NCBI GenBank assembly: GCA_964458565.1
Contig: CAYWJO010000056.1
Location: 1-19,536, forward strand
Source: an uncultured archaeon
Lineage (GTDB): Archaea; Asgardarchaeota; Thorarchaeia; Thorarchaeales; Thorarchaeaceae
Direction: 5' to 3'
Length of the DNA: 19,536 nucleotides
Shown one piece after another: positions 1 to 7,784 of this stretch. A program made the translations under genes and the position numbers. The notes under the pieces were generated by a model. That model had not been told where the DNA came from and ran no database searches. It saw only the letters and a program-made list of their open reading frames with translations. Within the stretch, counting starts at the first letter, position 1. Every line of letters starts with the position of its first letter.

Positions 1-1
1 T

Positions 2-370
2 TGGAGAGAATCTCATGGACCTCATCTCTCCGGATCTGAAATTGGGGATACAATGGTATCTCGCCAACTAAAAGGGATTAGGGCTGCTTCAGAAGCTGGA
101 ATTCATGTGAAAATTAATACTATCTTGATGAAGGGTATTAATGATACAGAATTGGAACAATTGGCATATAGTTTGAAGATTGCAGGTGCTGAACTTCAAA
201 ATATAATCCCTTTAGTTCCCTGCTTCTCTGAACTTAATAGGTTCCAACCATCCAACCTGGATCTGAGAACCGCTCGATTAAACTGCTCAAGGTATATCCA
301 ACAATTCCATCATTGCGCTATGTGTCGTAGCGACGTTGTTGGAATTCCTGGTGACGATCGAATAATCTAG
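2..370 (+). CDS. NifB-like radical SAM protein, C-terminal part (5' truncated by window edge)
   Basis: Frame is open from base 2 (WRESHGPHLSG...) to TAG at 368-370. VKINTILMKGIND, QNIIPLVP and terminal HCAMCRSDVVG match the radical SAM barrel end and the CxxCRxD(A)xG signature of NifB-family proteins. The CxxxCxxC motif lies outside the window. Confidence 0.7.
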   Translation, partial: WRESHGPHLSGSEIGDTMVSRQLKGIRAASEAGIHVKINTILMKGINDTELEQLAYSLKIAGAELQNIIPLVPCFSELNRFQPSNLDLRTARLNCSRYIQQFHHCAMCRSDVVGIPGDDRII

Positions 371-1194
371 GTCTCTAACTTTGGCTTTAGGCAACCTTCA
401 TCCACTAATTTATTTATCAGGAACCATAGCGCGTTTTTATCATATGGCAAGGCATCCATTGCATCTTGTATTGACGTATTACCATCGAACTTATCCATAA
501 GATCGTCAACGGGTGGTCCATATTGTGCTCTGATGTGCTCAAAAATCGGTGGTGGTTTCTCTGGAATCGACGGTATATCTAGTTCCGTGAGTTTCCTTTT
601 GAATTCGATATGCTTGTAACGTAAGAGGATGCACATAAGAGCAATTACTTCATCTTCAGGAAGCTCGATGAGATCCATTATCTCCATCAATGTTCTTTTC
701 CCATTGATAAAGGCTTCAAGTTGTTCCAATTTCCGATCTATAGAAGCTACTCTAAATGGAATGCTCACACCGCCGTTAGTTTGAACTGGTACCAAGTTCA
801 AATCGAGTTCAAAATATGGGAATTCTGAGATTATTTGTAAGGTGAAATCTCTATATCTCCTGATATCGCCTTCGAATTCCTTCAGCTTTGCTCCATGTTC
901 TTCTTCAACTTTGTGAAGAATCGATTTCAGTTTGTTACGATAAGGCGTTTCATCTGGTATAGGATCAACAACGAGAAGAACGAGTACTGTTTCGCCAACC
1001 TCAATTAGAATATCATATGCCTGCTTCCTTATAGTACGAATTGGTGTATTTGCAAAGATTATGACTGCTGTGACGAATCCTGCTATCAGGTCTGGATCCA
1101 CGGTCATTTCTGCATAAGGAACGTTCAGCACTGATTCTCCTCCTTCAAGTCGAATCAGGGCAATATAGCGAACCTTTGCGACATCGATAGCCAT
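367..1194 (-). CDS. Longin-domain + tandem winged-helix protein (NPRL2/NPRL3-like architecture), paralog B
   Basis: ORF track gives 367..1215, but ATG at 1194 follows a GAGGGGAG RBS and aligns with the paralog. The N-terminal ~120 aa show the longin beta-beta-alpha-beta-beta-beta-alpha-alpha pattern (VRYIALIRLEGGE...DPDLIAGFVTAVIIF...FEGDIRRYRDF). Two wHTH repeats follow (FINGKRTLMEI..., FDGNTSIQDA...LVDEGCL). Confidence 0.7.
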   Translation of the reverse strand: MAIDVAKVRYIALIRLEGGESVLNVPYAEMTVDPDLIAGFVTAVIIFANTPIRTIRKQAYDILIEVGETVLVLLVVDPIPDETPYRNKLKSILHKVEEEHGAKLKEFEGDIRRYRDFTLQIISEFPYFELDLNLVPVQTNGGVSIPFRVASIDRKLEQLEAFINGKRTLMEIMDLIELPEDEVIALMCILLRYKHIEFKRKLTELDIPSIPEKPPPIFEHIRAQYGPPVDDLMDKFDGNTSIQDAMDALPYDKNALWFLINKLVDEGCLKPKLET

Positions 1195-1207
1195 TTTTTT
1201 TCTCCCC

Positions 1208-2050
1208 TCACTCATTATGGGCTAGAATCCCTGCATCCACTAGATTCTTTGCTACTGTTTTCACTGCCTCTATGTTATAAGGCAGTTGTTCACAAATCTG
1301 CTGAAGAGTTCTTGTTCCATCACATAGAGATACAAGCTGAGTTAGTTGTTCTCCGTATACTCCTACTAAGTATTTTGGAGGTTCTATCTTCTTTACTAAT
1401 ATCGTATCCTCTCTTAATTTCCTTGTAAATGCAATCCAATTGTACCTGTCTAACATTGACATTATAGCCATTGTATCAGATTCTGTGAACGCTGACGCAT
1501 CCATTATTTCAAGAATTGTCCTTTTCCCATTTATAAATCCAATAATCGTGTGAATCTTTTCATCAGTTTCACCGACACTCCATGGTATTTCTACACGTTG
1601 ATCTGGAGCTGCATCTGAAGAAGGGAGTAATCTTGGAATCAGTTCCCAATCGATTTCTTTGTAGGGATAGACGCCAAGAATATCAAGAGCGAATTCTCTA
1701 AATGGTCTAATATCGCCTTTCCAGTTATTCAATGCTATTTCGTATTTTTCTTCAAACAATGTAATGATGTTTTTCAGCGCATTTCGAAAAGGCGTGTCAT
1801 CTTCAACACGGTCAATGATTAAGAGGCCAACTACATAATCACCCTCTTCAATCACAACAACATAACCTTCCTTAGTGAACGTTTTCAGTTGTCTATTCTC
1901 AAAAATAATAACTGCGAGGACAAAACTAGCTACTAAATCCGGATCCACACTCATCTCACGATATGGTATACCTACGATAGGCTCTCCTCCCTCTTTTCTG
2001 ACTAAGGAGAGATATCGCACCACTGCATCGTTTCTTGTAGCCTGATTCAT
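1208..2050 (-). CDS. Longin-domain + tandem winged-helix protein (NPRL2/NPRL3-like architecture), paralog A
   Basis: 280-aa ORF, colinear with the downstream paralog (VRYLSLVRKEGGE...DPDLVASFVLAVIIF...WKGDIRPFREF). wHTH repeats FINGKRTILEI...LDRYNWI and CDGTRTLQQI...LVDAGIL. Confidence 0.7.
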   Translation of the reverse strand: MNQATRNDAVVRYLSLVRKEGGEPIVGIPYREMSVDPDLVASFVLAVIIFENRQLKTFTKEGYVVVIEEGDYVVGLLIIDRVEDDTPFRNALKNIITLFEEKYEIALNNWKGDIRPFREFALDILGVYPYKEIDWELIPRLLPSSDAAPDQRVEIPWSVGETDEKIHTIIGFINGKRTILEIMDASAFTESDTMAIMSMLDRYNWIAFTRKLREDTILVKKIEPPKYLVGVYGEQLTQLVSLCDGTRTLQQICEQLPYNIEAVKTVAKNLVDAGILAHNE

Positions 2051-2094
2051 ATCATTCTGACCTTAACTTTTGCCCATTTGAAGTTAATTGGTTG

Positions 2095-2979
2095 TTAAAA
2101 AAACTCTTCTAATCCTGCTTGAGCTGTTATGGAAACCTCTGGATCATCGATGATATTATATCCTCTCAGTTTTTTCATATCGATTGCAAATACTGATTCA
2201 GAAATTCCTATTAATAGAATCGGTCCCTTGACTCCAATGATATCACCTCGAATCTGCATGCCATTGATTTGTTTCCTCTTCGTAAGATCTTGCAGTGGAT
2301 TATTCAATGCTTCAATACCATAATACCCCCCTAGGGGCTCAACATTGATTTTATCCAATTCTAAGGAATCTACTAATTTTCCGGTGATATCACGAATCAT
2401 AGATTCAGCTTCTTCAGTATTCAACACATGTTGCAGAGATGTGATCTTTCTACTTGTTCTGATGGTCTTTGTAATCTCTTCATTTTTTCCAAATCCATTT
2501 TCAACCAGCCGTGCCTTATCTCCTCCTTTAACTATCTCTAATATTGCACCGTAATCAGCTCCCTGTTCTATCCATCTAGTTCTCACACGACCTAAAGTGG
2601 AAACTCCTACTTTTAGATGGGTTCCTATTAGAACAATATAAACTGCATAATCCTTCTCTCTACATTTTTGTAGTTTATCTGGTGTAGCAAAGCATTCTAC
2701 TCCTGTACATTTAGCACAAGCGTCACTATAATCAGTAGCTGCACAAGGTCCGCATTGAGTTCGTCCCATTGGGATTATCATCTCTTCCGGGCAGGGATTT
2801 CGTTTACCCGTCTCATCTCTAAATCCCACACATCTAGATGGTCCCTCAACTCTCCAAGTTATCTGGTCTTGGTGATTCAATTGCTGAACCATTAATTGCG
2901 TCGTTTGCTGATTCCATGCAACCATATGTGGTTTTATTCTTTTATCATTTGAACGCCATGCAATATCAACAAACAACAT
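2095..2979 (-). CDS. DUF2797-like protein with Cys-rich Zn-binding region and C-terminal PCNA-interacting (PIP) motif
   Basis: Contains CVG...CP...QCGPC...CAKC...C...C, then YAVYIV...KVGVS...TRWIEQGADYG and GDIIGVKGPIL, typical of DUF2797. Ends QAGLEEFF*. Start moved from 3039 to ATG 2979, which has a GAGGA RBS upstream and removes a 50-bp overlap with the upstream gene. Confidence 0.75.
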   Translation of the reverse strand: MLFVDIAWRSNDKRIKPHMVAWNQQTTQLMVQQLNHQDQITWRVEGPSRCVGFRDETGKRNPCPEEMIIPMGRTQCGPCAATDYSDACAKCTGVECFATPDKLQKCREKDYAVYIVLIGTHLKVGVSTLGRVRTRWIEQGADYGAILEIVKGGDKARLVENGFGKNEEITKTIRTSRKITSLQHVLNTEEAESMIRDITGKLVDSLELDKINVEPLGGYYGIEALNNPLQDLTKRKQINGMQIRGDIIGVKGPILLIGISESVFAIDMKKLRGYNIIDDPEVSITAQAGLEEFF

Positions 2980-2989
2980 TTGTCTATCC

Positions 2990-4078
2990 TCAGAATAATA
3001 ATCGTGCACCTCGACCTTGTCCCATCCATTTAACACCATGGATATTTAGTTCCTCATCACATTTTGGGCAATGGCCTTTATCATTAAGATTGTTTTTCTT
3101 CATGTAAACGGAGTATCTCTCAATAGCCTTGAAACCACAGCGTGGACAATATGTGTTCTCGTAATCATGCCCAGCTATATTCCCTGAGTATACAAAAACG
3201 AGACCTTCATCCTTGCAGATTTTGATGTGTTTCTCCAAAGTTTCAGCATTTGTACGTGGTAGATTTGTTAGTTTATACATTGGGCTGAACGCTGTGATGT
3301 GTACAGGAGTCTTCTCACCAAGATTCTGAACTATCCAATGTGCCATTTCCTTGGTGTCCTGTTCATGATCACCAATTTGAGGTACTATCAAGTTCGTGAT
3401 TTCAATAAAGATCCCTTTTTCCTTCATCTCTAAGAGCGATGTATATATCGGTTTGACCTTCGGAACATCCATATAGGTCTTGTAGAATTCTTTGTTTCCA
3501 CTACCCTTGAAATCAACCGTAGCTGCATCTAGATATGGTGAAATGTACTCGATAGCTTCTGGGGTCATATAACCATTTGTTACAAAGGTATTATACATCC
3601 CTTGTGAGTGTGCATGCATCGCAGTATCATGTGCAATCTCCATGAAAATCGTTGGCTCAGTGTAAGTATAACTGATGCCATCACATTCGTACTTTTTTGC
3701 TATGTCTACAATATCTTCTGGTGAGAGTGTCCTACCTTCAGGTTTCGTTCGCTGTGATGAATGATAATTAAGACAGAACTGACATCTGAAATTGCAGGAT
3801 GACGTACTTATTGAGAATGCACTAGAACCTGGAGCAAAGTGAAAGAGAGGCTTCTTCTCAATTGGGTCAGGTGCCATGCCATCAATCAACCCATATACCG
3901 TTGTAAAGAGCGTATCCCCTCTATTTGTGCGTACTCTGCAGAATCCTGATTCACCATCCTCAATCAAGCATCGTCGAGCACATAGATCGCATCTGACTCC
4001 ATTTTTCAACTTCGTATATAGGACTGCCTCTTTCATCGTGATGTCAAATATTCCATCTCTTATTCCTGTTTTGGTCAT
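2990..4078 (-). CDS. amrS: AmmeMemoRadiSam-type radical SAM enzyme (PFL-activating-enzyme-like)
   Basis: Motifs VRCDLCARRC...GFCRVR, DPIEKKPLFHF, CNFRCQFC (CxxxCxxC), YTYTEPT, VTNGY, YSGN, TYCPRCG...CPKC. Start is probably ATG 4078 or ATG 4036 (MKEAVLY). The 4195 start overlaps the divergent gene. Confidence 0.9.
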   Translation of the reverse strand: MTKTGIRDGIFDITMKEAVLYTKLKNGVRCDLCARRCLIEDGESGFCRVRTNRGDTLFTTVYGLIDGMAPDPIEKKPLFHFAPGSSAFSISTSSCNFRCQFCLNYHSSQRTKPEGRTLSPEDIVDIAKKYECDGISYTYTEPTIFMEIAHDTAMHAHSQGMYNTFVTNGYMTPEAIEYISPYLDAATVDFKGSGNKEFYKTYMDVPKVKPIYTSLLEMKEKGIFIEITNLIVPQIGDHEQDTKEMAHWIVQNLGEKTPVHITAFSPMYKLTNLPRTNAETLEKHIKICKDEGLVFVYSGNIAGHDYENTYCPRCGFKAIERYSVYMKKNNLNDKGHCPKCDEELNIHGVKWMGQGRGARLLF

Positions 4079-4147
4079 ATAATTTTGAGTCCTATTAAAA
4101 TGAGACATTGTTAAAAGGATAGAATGTATAGTATACCTGATTTTGCC

Positions 4148-4582
4148 ATGTCTAGCTCTGAGAATCTTGATAGACTCAAACAACTGATGGAGCAAGTTGC
4201 AGGGAAGAATATCCCATTACTCCAGCGTTGTTCAGAGGCTAAGATTTTAGCAGTTCAAGACTTTGATAGTGCTATTGATAAATATCTCAAAATAGCATCT
4301 GAGATTCTGACTAGGTCTGATGAGGTTGATTCCAGAGTTGACAGAGAGTTATCAGAGGTTAAAACTGCTCTGAGTTCTGATGTATTAAATCAATCATTTA
4401 TTCATGCATTGAAAGGTCTCAAGAGTAGTTATTACGAATCTGTACTAAAACCTGCAGTGAGTCAATATCTACGAGATGTTTCAAAGTCTGCATCATCAAT
4501 TGAAAACATATATGAACGAGCTGTAGAGTTCGATAAATTACTTGAAGTTGTGGAATTCTTCCATAAGGTCAATCAATCATAG
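4148..4582 (+). CDS. Hypothetical all-alpha-helical protein (~144 aa)
   Basis: Sole substantial ORF filling the space between two minus-strand genes, with amphipathic helical periodicity and no recognisable motif. Start ATG 4148 (or 4124). Confidence 0.7.
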   Translation: MSSSENLDRLKQLMEQVAGKNIPLLQRCSEAKILAVQDFDSAIDKYLKIASEILTRSDEVDSRVDRELSEVKTALSSDVLNQSFIHALKGLKSSYYESVLKPAVSQYLRDVSKSASSIENIYERAVEFDKLLEVVEFFHKVNQS

Positions 4583-4594
4583 ACTATCTTCTTC

Positions 4595-6037
4595 TTATTC
4601 AATATTCCTCATTGTGCGAAGTTTATCTCCATCTACAACCATTGCTATTCCTAACTCCACGAACTCTTCCACCCACTTACTGACCACTGCTGGTGACACT
4701 CCCAATGATTTTCCAATCTCACGAATTGAGATATCCTTATTCTCCTCAGCCATAAGAAATGCTTTTGTCTTCTCGGTATTTCTCATCAGTGCCATGTAAT
4801 CGTCAATAGTTTCCTGCGTCGTTTGAGCTAGGATTCGAGCTGTTTCGTAATCCTTTGTTAGTCTATCAACACTCGCCTTAGCTCTTTCAAGCTCTGACTT
4901 TGTCGTTTCTAGTTCACGAATTCTATCACCTGACTCGTAAGAACGAATTCTTGCCCGAAGGTCATCCATTTCCTCAAGACGCTTATCGAATGATGCTATT
5001 TCCTCTTCTAGCTGCTTTTGTTTTGCCACATAATCATGAATCTGGATGTCCTTCTTTGCTATGTCACTGCCAAGTTGTCGAATTCTCCCTTCAGCATCAT
5101 CTGCACGTTTCATCTCAGCCTCCATCTTATCTTTTATCACATCTCTGGAGGCTTCTGTTGCCTTGAGTGATTGTCTAAGTTCTGCTAATTCTCCTTTATC
5201 TATCGCAGGGGTTGATTTCAATTCACCGATTGTGTCTTCAAGTGTTTCATTTCGAGACTTTAATTCACCAATGGTTTGTTGAAGGGTTTCTAATTCAGAG
5301 TCTCTAGTCATTAATTTTTGATCTGCAGTACGAAGGTCTCGGACTAATTCTTCAATTTGGCGTTCCATGGTCTTCATCTTTTCAGAAACATCCTTCGGAA
5401 TCTCGACCCTTGGTTTCATTGTGAGTTCTTTCGTAAGGAATTCCATCTCTGTTAGTGCTCTTTGGCTGAAATCATCAAAGCTTCCCTTCAAAACAGTGAA
5501 ATCTTCAATGGTTGAATTCATGCTAGTTTTAAGTGCCTCAGTGATATCTCTGACTTTTTCAAGAATGGGTGCAGACATCCCAGTGGTAAGTGTTTCTTCA
5601 ACTTCTCCAAACTCTTCTTCAACAATTGGCTTCACATCATTCTCAACATATGTGATTTGAAGATTGGTCTTTGCTCTTCTCTTAGATCTCCCAATAATAC
5701 TTGTGCGCATGTTTACAAGATTGCCCTTCATACCTACCAGAAAAGATAGAACCACTGGAACAAGGTCTCGTTCAATTCTGTCAATATTCCTTTCAAAATC
5801 TATAACTTGCTTTTCTAGTTGACGAAGACTTTCACGAAGTCTTTCCGTACTTTTTTCGATTTCAAATCTGCGTTTCACTTGTTCAGCTGATTGCACCTTC
5901 AAAATATCCTTCGATATTCTTCCGGACTCAACAAGTTCCTTCTTCATATCATCATCTACACCAAGTTCTGAAAGCAGGTCGTCTACGACCTTTGCTTCAT
6001 CATCTTTCAAATCTCTATCTTTGGGATCTTCAGTCAT
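4595..6037 (-). CDS. Long coiled-coil protein with C-terminal winged helix-turn-helix domain
   Basis: 480 aa, E/K/R/L-rich heptads over most of residues ~50-420. C-terminus KAFLMAEENKDISIREIGKSLGVSPAVVSKWVEEFVELGIAMV is a wHTH pattern. GTGAGG RBS upstream. No Walker A/B motif. Confidence 0.8.
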   Translation of the reverse strand: MTEDPKDRDLKDDEAKVVDDLLSELGVDDDMKKELVESGRISKDILKVQSAEQVKRRFEIEKSTERLRESLRQLEKQVIDFERNIDRIERDLVPVVLSFLVGMKGNLVNMRTSIIGRSKRRAKTNLQITYVENDVKPIVEEEFGEVEETLTTGMSAPILEKVRDITEALKTSMNSTIEDFTVLKGSFDDFSQRALTEMEFLTKELTMKPRVEIPKDVSEKMKTMERQIEELVRDLRTADQKLMTRDSELETLQQTIGELKSRNETLEDTIGELKSTPAIDKGELAELRQSLKATEASRDVIKDKMEAEMKRADDAEGRIRQLGSDIAKKDIQIHDYVAKQKQLEEEIASFDKRLEEMDDLRARIRSYESGDRIRELETTKSELERAKASVDRLTKDYETARILAQTTQETIDDYMALMRNTEKTKAFLMAEENKDISIREIGKSLGVSPAVVSKWVEEFVELGIAMVVDGDKLRTMRNIE

Positions 6038-6058
6038 GATGAGTCCTCACTAACCCTG

Positions 6059-6068
6059 TCTTTAAAGG
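6059..6068. promoter_or_regulatory. Putative archaeal TATA box (CTTTAAAG) in divergent intergenic region
   Basis: Palindromic TTTAAA at 6061-6066, 24-29 nt upstream of the minus-strand ATG at 6037. Confidence 0.35.
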
Positions 6069-6151
6069 TAGGTGCGAGAAAGAGGACTGCTTGATAACAG
6101 ATAAATGTATTCAGGAAGGGTTCTTAGAGAACTACCTAGTGAGGTATTGAC

Positions 6152-6988
6152 ATGCGGCTATCTATCGAGATGCAGGCTAACATCTACAATCGGGGAACAT
6201 CCCGACTACGTGATGGGAAGATGATGTGGCATCTCCTTACAGATATGGATAATCAATTTGTTCGTACGATTGATGTATTTCCCCCTGCAAAGGTTACAGA
6301 GAAGGCAGAAGGAAATATGATGGCAATAATTAAGATTCCAGAGATAAATCCTGGAGAGTCCTTCTCTCCTTCAGTTGTTCTAAGAATAGATACTACAACA
6401 CGTGACTGGCTACTTGAACCCCAAATGATACCTCAAGATATAATGAATCAGGCAAGAGGCATGTATTGTTCAATGCAGAAATATTGGGAAATTCAAGATA
6501 CAGAAATTCAGGAACTCTCTCAGCGAATTGCAGAACGAACAGGAAATGATGAGTCTTACTGTAGACTTGCGTACCAGACTGTTCGTAAGCAGATTAAACT
6601 AAAGACCCATCTTGATGAACGTAAAGGTGCTTCGAGAGCTATCAGGGAGAAGGAAGGCGATTGTGATGAACATGCAGACCTCTTTATAGCACTAGCAAGA
6701 ACAGCTGATATTCCAGCAAGACGAATAGTTGGTCATATTTATCGTGCTGAGAAGGATCCAGAACCCCATGCGTGGGCTGAAGTATTTTTGGAGAATCGTG
6801 GTTGGCTACCCGTTGATCCTGCCTTGGGAAATTTTGGATTCATGAATGAAGTCTATTTCTCAAGAATCCGTGAAGGACTTGTATCAGAAAGACCTACAAT
6901 ATCTCTCAAATGGAGTGGTATCGCATCAATGTCACCAAAGATAGAAGAAGAAGTGCGAATGAATGTTGTGACGAACGGGTCTAATTGA
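6152..6988 (+). CDS. Transglutaminase-like superfamily cysteine enzyme (cytoplasmic)
   Basis: Catalytic triad motifs GDCDEHADLF (Cys), PHAWAEV (His) and WLPVDP (Asp), plus IPARRIVG. GTGAGGT RBS. No signal peptide or TM segment visible. Confidence 0.9.
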   Translation: MRLSIEMQANIYNRGTSRLRDGKMMWHLLTDMDNQFVRTIDVFPPAKVTEKAEGNMMAIIKIPEINPGESFSPSVVLRIDTTTRDWLLEPQMIPQDIMNQARGMYCSMQKYWEIQDTEIQELSQRIAERTGNDESYCRLAYQTVRKQIKLKTHLDERKGASRAIREKEGDCDEHADLFIALARTADIPARRIVGHIYRAEKDPEPHAWAEVFLENRGWLPVDPALGNFGFMNEVYFSRIREGLVSERPTISLKWSGIASMSPKIEEEVRMNVVTNGSN

Positions 6989-7739
6989 AATCTTCCATAA
7001 ATTCTGTTGCAAGTAAGGTTACAAAGAGTTCAGCCCCAAAAGTCCAGCAGGAATGCGTATCGAATATGCAGCATCTAATATTTGGAAGTAGTGGCGCTTC
7101 CAATGCTGAACGAAGTGTACTCGCCAAATGGTGTGTTATCATTTCTCCATAAGCAGATACCTGTGGAAGTGAATCCGTGAATCTCTTATTCGTTGAGTCG
7201 AGTGGACCTGGCTTATAATCACATACATGAATCGTATCATCAATCCATCTAATTAAATCGATATGACCAGTGGTGTGATATCTCTCTGACCACACAGGTA
7301 CTTCAATAGCAATTGTATGTTGATCATGTTCTATAAACTCAGTCAATATACTATGGTCTGAGCAATACGAATTATCGTTTCGCATCTTATGAAAATCACG
7401 AATCATCTCAATAATCGGATCATCAATTGATTTTGAGATTTTGCCTGATCTGGTAAATTTCTTTCTTAATCCTACTCTCGATGCCTTTGACATCTTTTTT
7501 AATTTCAATCGTGAAGCTCTTGTATAGAATGGATCTGTAAATGGTGCCTCAGGGATTTTCCCTTGTTGTATCGTAACAAGATGTGCCCAGAGCGAAGCCA
7601 AATCACCTTTAGTATTGCCCCACTGTAAATGATTCGTCTTATTCCACTGAAATTGATAGGCTATCTTTCCATGCTGGAAATCTCTACGGACGATATCATC
7701 GGAGCGTTGATTCATGTTGCTAGCAACATGGATGCTCAA
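6981..7739 (-). CDS. PD-(D/E)XK (RecB-type) nuclease family protein
   Basis: IEVPVW...TGHIDLI...VCDYKPG...QVSAYG correspond to the E / G-x-I-D / D-Y-K / Q-xxx-Y motifs. Start TTG 7739 or ATG 7715. Confidence 0.85.
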   Translation of the reverse strand: MSIHVASNMNQRSDDIVRRDFQHGKIAYQFQWNKTNHLQWGNTKGDLASLWAHLVTIQQGKIPEAPFTDPFYTRASRLKLKKMSKASRVGLRKKFTRSGKISKSIDDPIIEMIRDFHKMRNDNSYCSDHSILTEFIEHDQHTIAIEVPVWSERYHTTGHIDLIRWIDDTIHVCDYKPGPLDSTNKRFTDSLPQVSAYGEMITHHLASTLRSALEAPLLPNIRCCIFDTHSCWTFGAELFVTLLATEFMEDFN

Positions 7740-7784
7740 CCTTTTTAATATGCCTTAACACAATTACGCAATGGTGGTCGCAGA

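Noticed and set aside
1770-1800. FRNAL in longin paralog A looks like the NPRL2 arginine-finger motif (YSRNAL)
   Set aside because: In NPRL2 the Arg lies in the beta4-beta5 loop. Here RNAL is at the start of helix alpha2, and the beta4-beta5 turn is short (EEGDY / EVGET) with no Arg. It is probably coincidental, so GAP activity cannot be claimed.
4079-4195. N-terminal extension of the AmrS ORF in the ORF track (likewise starts at 3039, 1215, 11568, 13642, 14787, 16495)
   Set aside because: These extensions overlap neighbouring genes or RBS elements. Downstream starts with better SD motifs or family-typical N-termini exist.
4595-6037. SMC/Rad50 or ESCRT-III (CdvB) assignment for the coiled-coil protein
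   Set aside because: No Walker A/B, signature motif, hinge or CxxC hook is present. It is much longer than a Snf7-domain protein, with no recognisable Snf7 core.
6981-7739. Cas4 / CRISPR system
   Set aside because: It lacks the Cas4 arrangement of one N-terminal plus three clustered C-terminal cysteines. No cas genes or repeat-spacer array were seen in the window.
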